A stretch of 64,000 nt of DNA, from assembly GCA_022813865.1 (NCBI GenBank), contig JALDZX010000020.1:1-64000 (forward strand), given 5' to 3'. Shown here one piece after another: positions 1 through 11,769 of this stretch; position 1 is the first letter of the stretch; every line of letters begins with the position of its first letter. The notes beneath the pieces are model-generated. The model did not search any database. It was not told where the DNA came from and saw only the letters and a list, made by a program, of their open reading frames with translations. A program made the translations under genes and the position numbers. This DNA is from Xylographa opegraphella. Lineage: Eukaryota.

Positions 1-241
1 AAAAACCAAAGACCTGTAATCATATATTCGAAAACACCTCGCTCGCTCTCCAGCTGCTTTTACCTACCTCCCTCCCCCCTCCCTACCGTCCCATGAAATT
101 CCCTCATAACCGCGCAGGGCGGAGGATCGGTACGTCGGTCTACACACTTATACACAGACACCACCCTAATATACCTACACACCTACACACGCGACGCAAG
201 CTCACACGGACGGGAAAACATAGACGGATGGATAGATGGAC

Positions 242-432
242 GAATGAATGAATGGAAGAATGAATGAATGAATGAATGAATGAGCATAATACACGAGATA
301 AAATACACCGGCTCAGGCATACCCATACGGATACGGATACGTATACGTCCAGTACGGTACCGTAAGGCTAGGCAAGGCAAGGCTAGGCCAGGTAGTCATC
401 TACATGACTTCCTATTCACGAAGCCACGCTCG

Positions 433-475
<43 letters not shown>

Positions 476-532
476 ATATAAACCCCCCTTCCCCCTTCCC
501 ACACTGCGCACCCGCACCCGCACCCGCACCCG
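242..532. repeat. Microsatellite cluster: (TGAA)n, (AG)n, (CGCACC)n
   Basis: Read directly: TGAA runs at ~242-282, an AG run at ~437-472 and CGCACC units at ~509-532, downstream of the Zn2Cys6 gene. Confidence 0.9.
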
Positions 533-659
533 ACGCTTAAAAAGCAAAGCAAAGCAAACCACCCAGCACCGACAAACACCCCGCCCACCAATCCATGCTT
601 TTACCCCCCTTCTCCCAAACCCCCCTCTCCCCCCCCGCCAAAACCCTCAATACAGAAGA

Positions 660-3600
660 TCACACCCCCCCCTCCCCAAACCCCAACCCCCCAAACTCGC
701 CATCGGCCCCGACATCCGGCGGCTGCAGATTAAACGGCATAAACCAGGCACTACTCGCGACATCGCCAAAGCCGCCTCCGGTGCCCGGTCCCAGCTGGGA
801 GAAATCGACCATGGGGCTGTCCCAGAGGGAGGAGGGCGCGACGGGGAGGGCGGCGGCGGCGGCGGCGGCGGCGGGGTCGGTGGCGGCGTAGGCGTCGAAG
901 ACGAACTGGCGGTCGAGTTCCTGCAGGAGGACGCCCTGGTGGTGGGCGTGGTGCAGGGGGAGGAGGGGGAAGGAGTTGGGGGGGAAGGTGGGGTGGGAGG
1001 AGGATGGGAGGGGGGGGGGGCCGGTGGTGGGGGTGGGGGAGGGGGCGTAGAGGTCGTGCGGGGGGTAGGTGCCGTGGTGGGCGGTGGCGGAGGGGGGCAT
1101 GTGCAGTAGCGGGGCGTGGTGCGCGTGGTGCGGGGGGTGAGCGTGAGGTTCGGTTTTGACGGTGGGGAGCCGCTGCTGCTGCTGTTGCTGCTGGGACTGG
1201 AGCTGCTGGTCGAGGTGGACGCTGCCGCGGGCGGGGCGGCGGGCCGCCTTGCGGGCGTGGGCGTGGTCGGGCCGGCCCGCGTGCGGGGACAGGGTGCTGA
1301 AGAAGTCCTCGACGCTCTGCAGGTCGGCTTTCTGGCTCAGGGCGGCGTCGTTGCCGGACTCGCTCTTGACCTCCGTGGCCGGGTCCTCGTAGTCGGTGCC
1401 CGACACCCCGTGCGGGTACTTGGCGAACCAGTCGCCGTACTGGAAGATGGCGGCCCCGTCCGGCCGCGCGGCGACGCCGCCACCGCCACTGTCGCCGACG
1501 CCGGCGGTCTCGGGCCCCTTGAGCGCGACGTCGGCGTGCTGGCGGTAGATGTCCTTGAGGTTCTCGGCCATGTAGTGGAACATGCCCCAGTACTGCTTCA
1601 TCTTGCCGATGAACTTGACGTTGTACGCCAGGTTGCGCTTCGACGTCACCTCCAGCTGCGCGTTCTTCGAGAAGATGCCCCACACGTGCACGGTGCTGGA
1701 CACGAAGGCGCAGTAGCCCACAAACGGCGCCGCCACGAGGTAGGGCGAGCTTTCGTTGAGCAGGAACGAGATCTGCCCGGCCGCGTGGAGGGCCGTCTGC
1801 GCCGAGTCGTTGACGAATTCCGTGGGCAGTTCTTTCGGGATCCGGCCGCCGAAGCTGGCGGGGATGGCGAACTTGTGCAGGAACAGCACGACCTGGTTGA
1901 ATGCGATGTGCATGAAGAGGAACTGGTTGGCAAGCTTCTCGGCCGCATGCGCCTGCAAGTTTTCTATATTGTACTGTAGCCTATCGGGCAGTGTCTTTTG
2001 ATAGTCCTCGGCCTGGGCCTTGAGATCTGCGAACTGAGATTCCGCATGCCATATTGGATGTCGATCTCTCTGTTTCCCACCCAGATTGAGGTACTTGATC
2101 ACCCGTCCCCACAGGGCGATGATCCTGACAAGGTAGGCCGCCACTCCCATATTCTCCTTCGGATCCGAGACCTGGCCGGCGTCGGGAGAAACGGGATTCG
2201 GGACGCTGCCGTCGAGACTTTCTGTCGGTCCGGGAACCTCCATCTGGAAGTGTGACTCCTTGATCGGCAATTGGACCTGGATATTCTCCTCGTTCGCAAA
2301 CGGAGGTCGTTCAGTGCCCGACGAGTTGAACCGATCCATCAGGAAGCAGGCCCACATGGTTCGCCGCCGGATCTCCCGGTCCGTGAAGCTCAACTCCGAC
2401 GATTTGTCCTGCTTCCTTCCCAGCGGATCATGATCCAGCTCGCGATGCAGTTGCAAAGCATACGCCATCCGGATCGCCATCCCTCCCAGCATCCAACTTC
2501 GACCGCCGTGACAGGTACCAAATTCGTGAAGACCGAGGATGAGTAACACGGTGAGGATCGTGATGTTCGGTTCGTCGTAGCGCCGAAGCACAATATCCCG
2601 AGCCGGCTTCGCCCACGGCTCGCCACGGAGAAAGGCTGGGTCTGAGCAGGCGACTTGTGGATGTGTGGAGAAACGAGCGGCGACGGCACAGACGGCCAGG
2701 ATGAGGACAGGGGGGATGGTCCCGGCTCTATCTAAGCATCAGCTTCTCGATCCTGAATCGATACACTACCGACACGAACCGTAAGCGCCTCATAAAGCTT
2801 GGCTTGTGCAACAGATGGTAGGATTGCCCGTACAGGCAGTCGAAGAAAACTTCCGACAAATGTTCCTGTATTTCTTTCGGAGGAAGGCTCTCGGCTCCTT
2901 CCGCCAACAGTCGGTTCTCCGTATAGTCCACCCCAGAGACGTGTCGGGTGTGTCCCGTTCTGTTCATACTGCTCTGCGACCATTCCTCGAGATCGTTGCT
3001 GAAAGCCTCGTCCGCCGCTCGTTTCTTCGTGCCATTCGTCTTCGGCGGCTGAACCGAGCTCGGCTTCACGTTGGCTCGACCGATACTCGAGAGTTTCCCG
3101 GTTTCTTGAATCGGAATGATCTTGATGACCCTCTCCTCCATCCGCTTGAGCCGCTTGTCCAACATTGCCATATAATCCGTCCGAGGCGCAGCTTTCCTCG
3201 TCGTGACCTTATACACGCACGGGATCCGGGACCGCAAGCAATGCTTGCACGCAGGCTTCTCGCCCGAACACCGTATCTTCTTCCGCCGACACGCAATGCA
3301 CGCCAGCGGTAATCGCTTCCGCTCCTTTCCAGCCTTGGTCTTCAGCTCGCTCCACGGCGGCGGTTTGTCCTTGTTGTCGTGGTTCTTCGAGTCCTCCCCC
3401 ATGCCGTCACACGCACCGCTATGCTGGATCTGCGGAACGGACTCATCCGACGTCCGAGTGCCCATGCCCTGCGAGCTGATGGGACTCGTGACCTCGGAGC
3501 CGTCAATGCTGCCGTTCCGCATCGGAAAGCCCCCTTTGCCGACACTGGTGACACTGCCTCTGTGTTGCCCCATGGATGCCGCCGACATTCGTCTTTCGGG

Positions 3601-3963
3601 TATTTCAGAGATGGAACCATGTATTCTTCGATCGTAGGGAATTTTCGAGTCGAGCGGAGAGTCCAACCGTCCGTCCCGCGGGCTCTCATAGCCTGGCAAA
3701 TGCCCAGGCGGGTTGTTCTGATAGGGCAATTTGAATTCGGGGTACGGCGGGATGTGCCCTTCGGACAGCAGCTGCTGCTGGTGATGCACCAAGGGAGTGG
3801 GGTGGGCGTGGGTGCTCCGAACCTGAGCGGAAGCGGGTATCATGTACGGAGACGAGTCGAGGGGATCGCCATGGTGTTGGGTCGCAGTGTGGAGGTCGAT
3901 GTCGGCGGTCGCATAGGTCTGTGGATACAACTGCATTGTCGTCTGCTGAGCATTGGTCGACAT
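660..3963 (-). CDS. Zn(II)2Cys6 binuclear-cluster transcription factor with fungal-specific TF domain (~1083 aa; possibly Prf-like); exons 3963-2780, 2727-660
   Basis: Zinc cluster CIACRRKKIRCSGEKPACKHCLRSRIPC; middle homology region (AIRMAYALQLHRE, EIRRRTMWACFLMDRF). A 52-nt intron 2779-2728 (GTTCGT...GCTGAT...TAG) joins ORFs 2728..3963 and 660..2591 in frame. Confidence 0.93.
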
Positions 3964-4729
3964 GCTCTCATTCCTTGGGCGCCGGTCGGGAACATCGAAC
4001 GCTATTCAATATGACGTCTTTGGGGCCATCCGGCGGAGGACGACGCGTACGGAAGGAATCGGAAGAGAAGTGGATTACGAGATCGAGGGTGGAACGAGCC
4101 ACGGTCAGTTCCTACGGTAGGGCAAAAGTCATCGTGCTGATGCCTGGCTGAAGCTGCGAGTAACGACAGATGGACCGATGACTTGTGGTGCTTTGTTCAC
4201 CGACCGAAGAGTGCTTTGAAGTCCGGCGACTGGGAGCGAAGCCAAGGGCCAGTTGGGAATGACGCTTGTGAAGATGCTGCATGGGGGCACAATTGCAATT
4301 CGGGTTGCTGCACGATAGCTAATAGTAATAAGGATGCTCGACGATGTGAGGGCGCAAGGGAAGTGGTAACGGGGGTGGGGGTTGTGGGTGGGCGAATGAT
4401 GTGCAGGTCCAGGTTTGAATGACCTTGGTGCGTGCCTGCAAAGCCCTTCCAGTGCTTCGATGCCAGTGGCTGCCCCACCGCCGGCCAATCATCGGCCAAG
4501 ACTCGAAGGCAAGCGACTAACTCCTTCTGCACTCGGCCTGCCTGACTGGCTCGCCACGCTAGCGTGAAGTTGTCAGTCAGCTCTCCGTAAGCGTCGCCGG
4601 CGTAACCCTGATCCCGGTTCCGGATTCCCACTAATGCCTGGGCCCGCACGGACCACTGCTCCGAGCGATCGACCGACCATCGATCGCGTCCACGATGGCC
4701 GGACGCAAGGCCGCAAGAGCTGTGTCTTT

Positions 4730-4870
4730 AAGAGAAGGGAGAGAGGGAGAGAGGGAGAGAGAGCGAGAGACACAGAGAGAGCGTGAGAGTGAGAGAATGT
4801 GAGAGAGGGACATGTGGGGTCTCGTGATGGTTGGTCGTTGGTCGTCGTCGTCGTCGTCGTCGTCGTCGTT
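4730..4870. repeat. GA-rich tract and (GTC)n microsatellite upstream of the Zn2Cys6 gene
   Basis: Visible GA-rich run at ~4730-4810 and GTC repeats at ~4841-4869. Confidence 0.85.
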
Positions 4871-7224
4871 GCTGTGGTAATTCTGACGTTTGTCAACCAC
4901 GCTGTCATCGTTCAGGGTCATGAGCCAGAACGACCCATACTTTCCACCAGCTGGCCCCCCCCCCTCTGCACACCGCGTTGCCCCGTAGAGTAGCATCGCT
5001 TGGCCCACCCACAACGGACGCTCTTCTCCATCCAGCACGCATGGTGAAATGTCCACGCGAAACCGTCTTCCAGCCCAGCTCGGGCTCCACTCGACTAAAA
5101 CCTGCACCCTCACCATCACTCACTAACTGGACCAGCAGCATCCCTCCTCCAGACCCACGCTAGCGATATAAAGTTGTCCGAAAAGGGCCCCATCAGCAAC
5201 AAGGAAATGGGAGAAGAAAAAAGAGAATCCGCTTTGTCATACACGCTCGTGAGAGAGCAATCTTCCATCAGACCCCAAGGAGAGCGAATGATCAAAAGCC
5301 CACAAAATCCCCACATTAAACAGAACGTCCAAACGTAACAGTCGTAGAAGGAGATACCGAAGAGCCCCGCCCGATCCAGCCAGCGCCGTGCAGCGGAGAA
5401 GGAGAAAGAGAAAAAGCAAGCCCGATCGCCGCCCACGCCAGGCCAGGGGTTAGGAGCCTTCTCCGCGCCTTAGTCACCCTTCCCCCCATCGCCGCGCCTA
5501 AGACGGCTGCAACCTCAGAAAGTCTCCATCAGGGCCAACGCGCCCACAGCTGACCGCAACGCAACTTCTTGGGCTTGGCCCCCCCAAACGTCAAAGCAGT
5601 CAACCATGTGGCCGCCGACCGGGGACGCCTCCGAGAAGTCAAAGCTCAATTTGACTTTCGAATTCTTTATTTTTCAAGTTTGCAACGAGGGACCGAAACC
5701 GCAGGCTTGACGTCCCTGAGCCGAGATTAAATAACTTCGTACCACAGTAAAGTAGTCCGGATCCGGGATTTCCAGGATTTTCGATCTCGCTTCCAAAGCA
5801 GGAATCACACGGTAAGGTAAGGTAGCCATCGCTTCGGAAGCAAAGGTCGAGCTTCCTCAGCCTCCAACGACACCATGCCCTCAAAAATTCCCCGTAGCCA
5901 GCCAAGATACCTAGGTCGATAGTCCATCCATACCCATCCAGAACCTAGACATAGGCAGGCAAGTACTCAAAACCCACCCAGGCAGCTCCTCCTCCCCTCC
6001 AGCCCCCTCCCCTCCCCTCCCCACCACGTGCCCTCCACCCCCTTCTCCAAGCCCAACGACGCCCCATCCGAAAGGCACGGTCCACCACTGGCACACAGCA
6101 GTCAGTCAAACGCCAGTTAACTCCATATCGCCTCTTCAACCCATCGTCCCCCCTCCCCATCCCCCCAACCACCAGCGAACCACCCCCGCACACCCTCCCC
6201 AAATTCCTCCGCTATCCGGACCAAGAAAAATCCAAAACACGGAACCCAGCGGCCGGAGCGCGCTTTATCGGTCCCGGGGGGGGGGAAGGGAATGGGAGGG
6301 TGGCGTTTCACCAGCGTCAGAGAAGCCATGCTATTCAGAACACCACGCCCATGCCCCGAATGCACACATATAACAGTAACCGAATAGTACAGAGCACAGG
6401 GGCCTTAAACGCTCCACGAGCGGAGAGGAGGTAGGGTAGGGGAGGGGTTTTTGGAAAAGGAAGATACCCAGGGTATGTGAGCCTGTACGTCGACGAAAAG
6501 GGGTAGGGAAGGTTATGTAAGGTAAGGTACGGTAAAGTAAGGTAGCAAAAGACGGTCCAGCGCCGCCAAAATCACAGTCGATGGGGGTACGACCTAGATG
6601 GAGGGTTTTAGAAATATTTATTGCAATGTACTTCCAGGTACCGCGAATATCAATTTGGCCTTTGGGTCTGCAGTGGGTAAAAGGCCCCCCCTCGCTGTTG
6701 TACCGCGTAGTTCCAGTCCCACTGACAAACCAAGGGGGACAGGGCAGCACACAAACGACCGATGCCGTCCTGGCGATTAAAAACAGTCCCCATCGCGCAC
6801 GGCGATCACGTGCTAGGCATTTCGTACACGCGCAAGCGACCTCCTAACCTGCATTAAATACTTTCATGTATTTGCTATCAGACCTACTTAATACCCGAGC
6901 TGAACGTCGACGTGGGGGGGGGCGTGAACCGAAGATCTAAGGGTAAAGAAAGCCCGAATTTTCTACCATCTACCAAAAAACGCGCGCAAATGCTCCCTTT
7001 CCCCCCACCCCCAACCCATCTCCACCCGATAATGCCAGGACGAACGCGGTCGGCAAACGACAGCGGACCGCGGCCCTCCCTCTCAACGCCGGGAATAAAA
7101 TGCAAGGGGAATGGAGAGAGGCGCGGTCAGGGCATGGGACTTCGTGACCGTCACGGGCGTGCCGCTGCAACGCCCCGGGCTCCTCAACACAGCCCGATTT
7201 CCCGCAGGCACGAGCATGCGCGGC

Positions 7225-9348
7225 TCAGAAGCTGAAGCCCGAAGGGAACCCGCCGGCCCCGCGCTGCCGGCCCCCTCCGCCGCCACCGCCGCCGCCGAAC
7301 GGACTGCCGCCGGTGGAGAAGGAGAAGGTCGGCCCGCCGCCCATGCCGCCCATGCCGCTCATGCCGCCGCCCATCATGTTGAACAGCATCTCGGGGTCGA
7401 TCTGCACACCGCCGCCGCCGCCGAAGCCGCCCTGGAACATCTCGCTCGGGTCGATCAGGTCCTCGCCGCTGTCGTACCGCTGCCGCTTCTGCGGATCGCT
7501 GAGCGTCTCGTACGCCTCGCCGATCTCCTTGAACTTCTCCGCCGCCTCCTCGTTGTCCGGGTTCTTGTCCGGGTGGTGCACAATGGCCAGTTTGCGGTAC
7601 GCTTTCTTGATCTCCGTTTCCCCGGCGTCCTTGTCGACCCCGAGGATCTTGTAGTAGTCTTTCCGTTTGGATTTCTTGAGCTCGAGCTCCGCGTTGCGGA
7701 TCTCCTTGGCGATGCCCGGCTCCGAAGGATTCGACTCCGCGATGGCTTTGTACTCCCTGACCGCTTCATCCCAGTTTCCAGACTCACCTAGTGCACGAGC
7801 TTTCGTCTTGCGCGCTTTGAGGTACGTCGGATCGAGCGACAGGGCCCGTGTACAATCATCGATTGCAGACTTGTACTCCTTGACCTGGGGGCACGTTAGC
7901 GCGTGACCCGTTGGCGAAGAACGGGAAATTTTACCTTGATTGAAGCCATAGCCCGATTCTGCAGTAGTTTGGAGTTTGTGCCTTTATTAAACGGATCGAC
8001 TTCAAGAGCTGCGGAGTATAGCTTGACGGCGTCTCTAAATTTCCCACTCTTGAAAGCAACATTGCCCTCCTCCTTCATCCTGTCCAATTTTTGGACCATT
8101 CGAAGATACTTTACGGCATCTTTGAAATCCGGATCGCAATTCAGTGCTTGCCTGAAGTGTTGCAAAGCCTTATCGTTATCTCCTTGTGCGTACAGAGCCC
8201 GGCCTCTCAGTACCAAAGCCTCTGGATCCTGATTGTTATTGCGTAGTAGCGACATGGCCATGTTCTGGGCGTCGCCTAACGCATTGGCATTGCCCATTTT
8301 CAAATATGCCTCTCCACGCATCAGCTTCCACCGCCGTGGCCTATCGACTCCAACCCCAAGGCCCCGTTCTGCCAAGTCTAAAGCGTGGATGGCCATTGAC
8401 CCCGTAGTGCCTTCTCTAAGAGCCTCTTCCGCTTGTTGAATGTGCGCTTGCATGGAGACCGCAGGAGCCTTATCCTTAGCACTGACTGGCGGGTGAATCC
8501 GAGAGTATATGTCCAGCGCTTCTTGTGGGCGCCCAAGATTGGTGTATATCCTGCCAATCCGAAGGAGGACCTTAGCATTGTCGGGTTCCAGATCATTCGC
8601 GTATTTCGCATCCTCAAGAGCTTCCTCGTATCGATTAGCAGACATTAAGGCTGCTGAACGATTTGATATATACGTCGGTGATTTAGGGTCCGCTTCGACA
8701 GCTATGAAGTATTTCAGCATGAGTTTCCACAACTGTTATACCCATAGATGGTGCCACCCCACCTTTTGTATACTCCTCAATAGCCTTGTCATAGTCTCCA
8801 ATCTTGAAAAACTTGTTTCCCGCTGTTTTGTATGCTTCTGCATCGATCGTAGGTTTTGGGGGTGGTTGTGGCTCCACAGGCGCTCTATGAGGAGGAGGGA
8901 CGGGACTGACATCGCCATTGGCAGATGTGCTCCCCTGATCAGCTCCATTCGTGGACGAAAAAGTTCCGGGTGGCGCAGAAGTGAAACTCGTGGGTGAGGA
9001 TGCTACGGGCTCTTCTTGGTCCACATCCATGTGATCTTCTGAATCACTCATTGCGGACAGGGCTGAGCGTCTCCGCTCACGCTCCTCGGGTGGAAGGTTG
9101 AGGGGGTGAGTGTCACCGAAGCCAGGAGAGGAGGTTTGACGGCTTGACCTGCTTGGACGTGTAAAGCCTTTGGAAGACCGTGGCGAGGTCGGGCGGGAAG
9201 GTTCACGCTCACGGACGCTCTTTATAGACGATCTTTTTGGCGGAGACGGCGAGGGAGCAGGCGATGATCTGAGGTTCTCTTTCGAGTTCTTGGTTTTCTC
9301 TATATTCTTTTTTTTCGAGGATTTGTTGAAGAAGTTGGGGAGAACCAT
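7225..9348 (-). CDS. TPR-repeat plus C-terminal J-domain co-chaperone (DNAJC7/Tpr2-like, ~670 aa); exons 9348-8763, 8701-7935, 7884-7225
   Basis: TPR repeats ([49 protein letters not shown]); J domain with HPD ([36 protein letters not shown]); G/F-rich tail. Introns 8762-8702 and 7934-7885 are GT-AG and keep the frame. Confidence 0.93.
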
Positions 9349-9578
9349 AGAGATGATGGAAGAGGAGAAAATAGTACAGGCTATAGGAAAGCTTAGTCTA
9401 TGTCTGGCTATTCCTCATGCCGCTATATTTTGCCTCGCACTAGATAGTCCTCTTGGTCAATGAGTCGATAATTTCCTATCCTGAGGAATGGTCGTGCTGC
9501 AACTGAGCAAAGACCGTGAAACAAGGGCAAAGCTAAGAACTTAGTGGGACAATTTTGCAAGGTTCTGATTTTGAAATT

Positions 9579-9593
9579 GTTCTCGAAGCTTCT
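9579..9593. promoter_or_regulatory. Perfect three-unit heat-shock element (nTTCnnGAAnnTTCn)
   Basis: GTTCTCGAAGCTTCT, ~230 bp upstream of the co-chaperone ATG at 9348. Confidence 0.7.
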
Positions 9594-9911
9594 TTGGTTT
9601 CCCTCGGCGCAGCTGAATTTCCCCCGGTGGACAACACCTACGAAAAGCATTGACACGGCTGTGGCACTCTTGGCGAATTTGATTTCAGTAAATACCTAGT
9701 CTAGATAACACCAAGCACCTCAGTGCAACCTTGATGCTAACATTATTCTATGAGTGACCCTGGATTTGGGCGCCACGATCTATAATACAGATCGAATCCT
9801 CCTCAGATACTGCTCGTTACGACATTCACAATTGTGTCATTAATCCAAGCGTAAATGAAAGTGTTGCCTGTGGCTGTTCCAGAAATGAAGAGATTCGACA
9901 TCTACATGCGC

Positions 9912-11769
9912 TTACGTCGTGGTTGAAATGGCATCGGCGGCAGGGATACTCCTGCCGGGTGAGATGGGTTCCGTTATTGGTCGCCCCTCGGACCGGGAGT
10001 CGATCGACTCCAAAGATGGTTCACGGGGCTCTTGTTTGGTCTTTTTCACCTTGTACGATTTCGAGACTCGATTTTGTGCGGGTTCTCGGCGGCGCTTCGG
10101 GGTATCCTTGGCCTTCTGATGTGTGTGACACTGTGGATCCATTAGTCGGAGTTCATGAGACTTTTGAAACACAAGCACACCTTGTAAGCATGTCGGAACC
10201 AAGTCGTTCCCTTCTTTTTGCTGCTTATAAGAGCAATCCAATCTCCACAGCTTCCACATAAGCCCTCCCATACATCGGGGTTGCCAATCATTCTCCGGGT
10301 ATCTTTTGGTCCTTCGAAAGGCAAGCCCGTGGCCGCTGAAATGCCATGCGTGAAGCTCTTATCGTACCAGAAGGCAGAATTCTTCAGTACCAGCCATCGG
10401 CCGGGCTTACAGATCCCGCACCAACCCTCGCGCTTGTTCCCGTGACCTCGTACGTACTGAGGGGTGTAGAGATCACCCTCAAAGCGAAGCTCTTGACTGC
10501 GTGGCTCGAGTTCGGGGTCTTCAGACTTCATGTCCTCCTCAGGTGGTGGGATTTGCTCTTCCGATAGAGGCCCGAACAAGTCAGGCTCATCTGCAAGATC
10601 ATGATTATAATGATCGCTAATGTTATCAGACCGGCTTTCGTGCCCGGTTTCGAAGAATCCGGATGAAGGAAGAATAGCAGGAGCGCTATGATAGTCTGGA
10701 TAGGTGGCTGACATGAACAAGCCTTCGGGGCCATAATTAGGCTTCGAAGGCATCAGCTGCTCGGTGGGAAAGTAGAAATCCATATCACTGTTGCAGTGAT
10801 CAAACATCGCGCCGCTGGTGGAGTGCATAGTGGAGCCTTCGATCTGGAAGTCGCCATCATTGATCTCAAACGATTCCTGGCAAACTTCCAACGGCGAGCA
10901 GCATTGCGTTTTCGGTAATGAAAGAGGTGCCGTAGATGCACTACTGCTCCTTGTACGACTGATGGAATAAGGTGAACTTCGGTAGCTGTGAGTCGACTGT
11001 CGGTGATGGTGATGTGCAGACCGCCGGGAGGGTCGCATTGGAGAAGCTTCGAGACAGTTTGGGCTGGGACTCTTGGCTCGGAAAGACAAGTTTAGGTCGG
11101 AGGGCATTTGTAAATCTACCATTGGCATTTCACACAGCTCGGGGAGATCATGCTGGTTCGGAAGCGCATCGTCACTGGACGCAGATATGGAAGACCAAGA
11201 GCGCCGGTCAGGCGAAACCGGATTGAAATCCCACGATTCCATTTCATCTAGTCTGATTAGATCCTCAAAACTTTCTGTCGTAGTTCCACTGAGCGTACTC
11301 GAGGTCAGATCGTGCTCTTGGTCAACAAAGTTAAGTCCCAAGCCACTACCGTGCTTCAACTTGACAGCCGTGGGAGTGTGCGCGGGTCCTGGCTGACCGT
11401 CAATGCCGGCGCTTCGTTCAGTGTAGAAGAAGACGACTTACCAGCGCTCCAAGGAGTGTGTGGGACCTGGTCATAAGGTGTGTAGCAAACTTGGGAAAAC
11501 GGCGACTCTAGGTCTAAGGGCGTTGGAGGAAGCCCCGTATGTATGGTCGAGACGTGTGGTTTCTGGTGCATGAAGCTCGACTGCGGCGTCGGCTGCGGTG
11601 TGTATGCATTCTGGTAGACCACGTTCTGTATGATGGGCGTAGACCACTGCTTGGAGGACATTTGGGTGCTCGATGTGCCTCTTAGGTGTGGATGAGGTGC
11701 GCTGACGGGGAAACGAGATCGGTTGACGGAGTCCGAATATCGGTGTGGTCTATAGGGATTGAAAGGCAT
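9912..11769 (-). CDS. Rua1/Meu26-like (DUF4451-type) putative zinc-binding transcription regulator (~584 aa); exons 11769-11442, 11388-10181, 10130-9912
   Basis: Conserved block DLYTPQYVRGHGNKREGWCGICKPGRWLVLKNSAFWYDKSFTHGIS...WEGLCGSC...WFRHAYK/CH. Introns 11441-11389 (GTAAGT..CAG) and 10180-10131 (GTGTGC..ACTAAT..CAG) join three track ORFs. Start codon is uncertain; an upstream in-frame ATG exists. Confidence 0.8.

Noticed and set aside
751..1979. Long alternative-frame and antisense ORFs (751..1683 -, 1116..1979 +)
   Set aside because: Shadows of the very GC-rich Zn2Cys6 exon; stop codons are rare by composition and no motifs are present.
660..11769. Secondary-metabolite cluster suggested by two transcription regulators
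   Set aside because: No PKS, NRPS, terpene synthase, tailoring enzyme or cluster-type transporter gene seen in the window.
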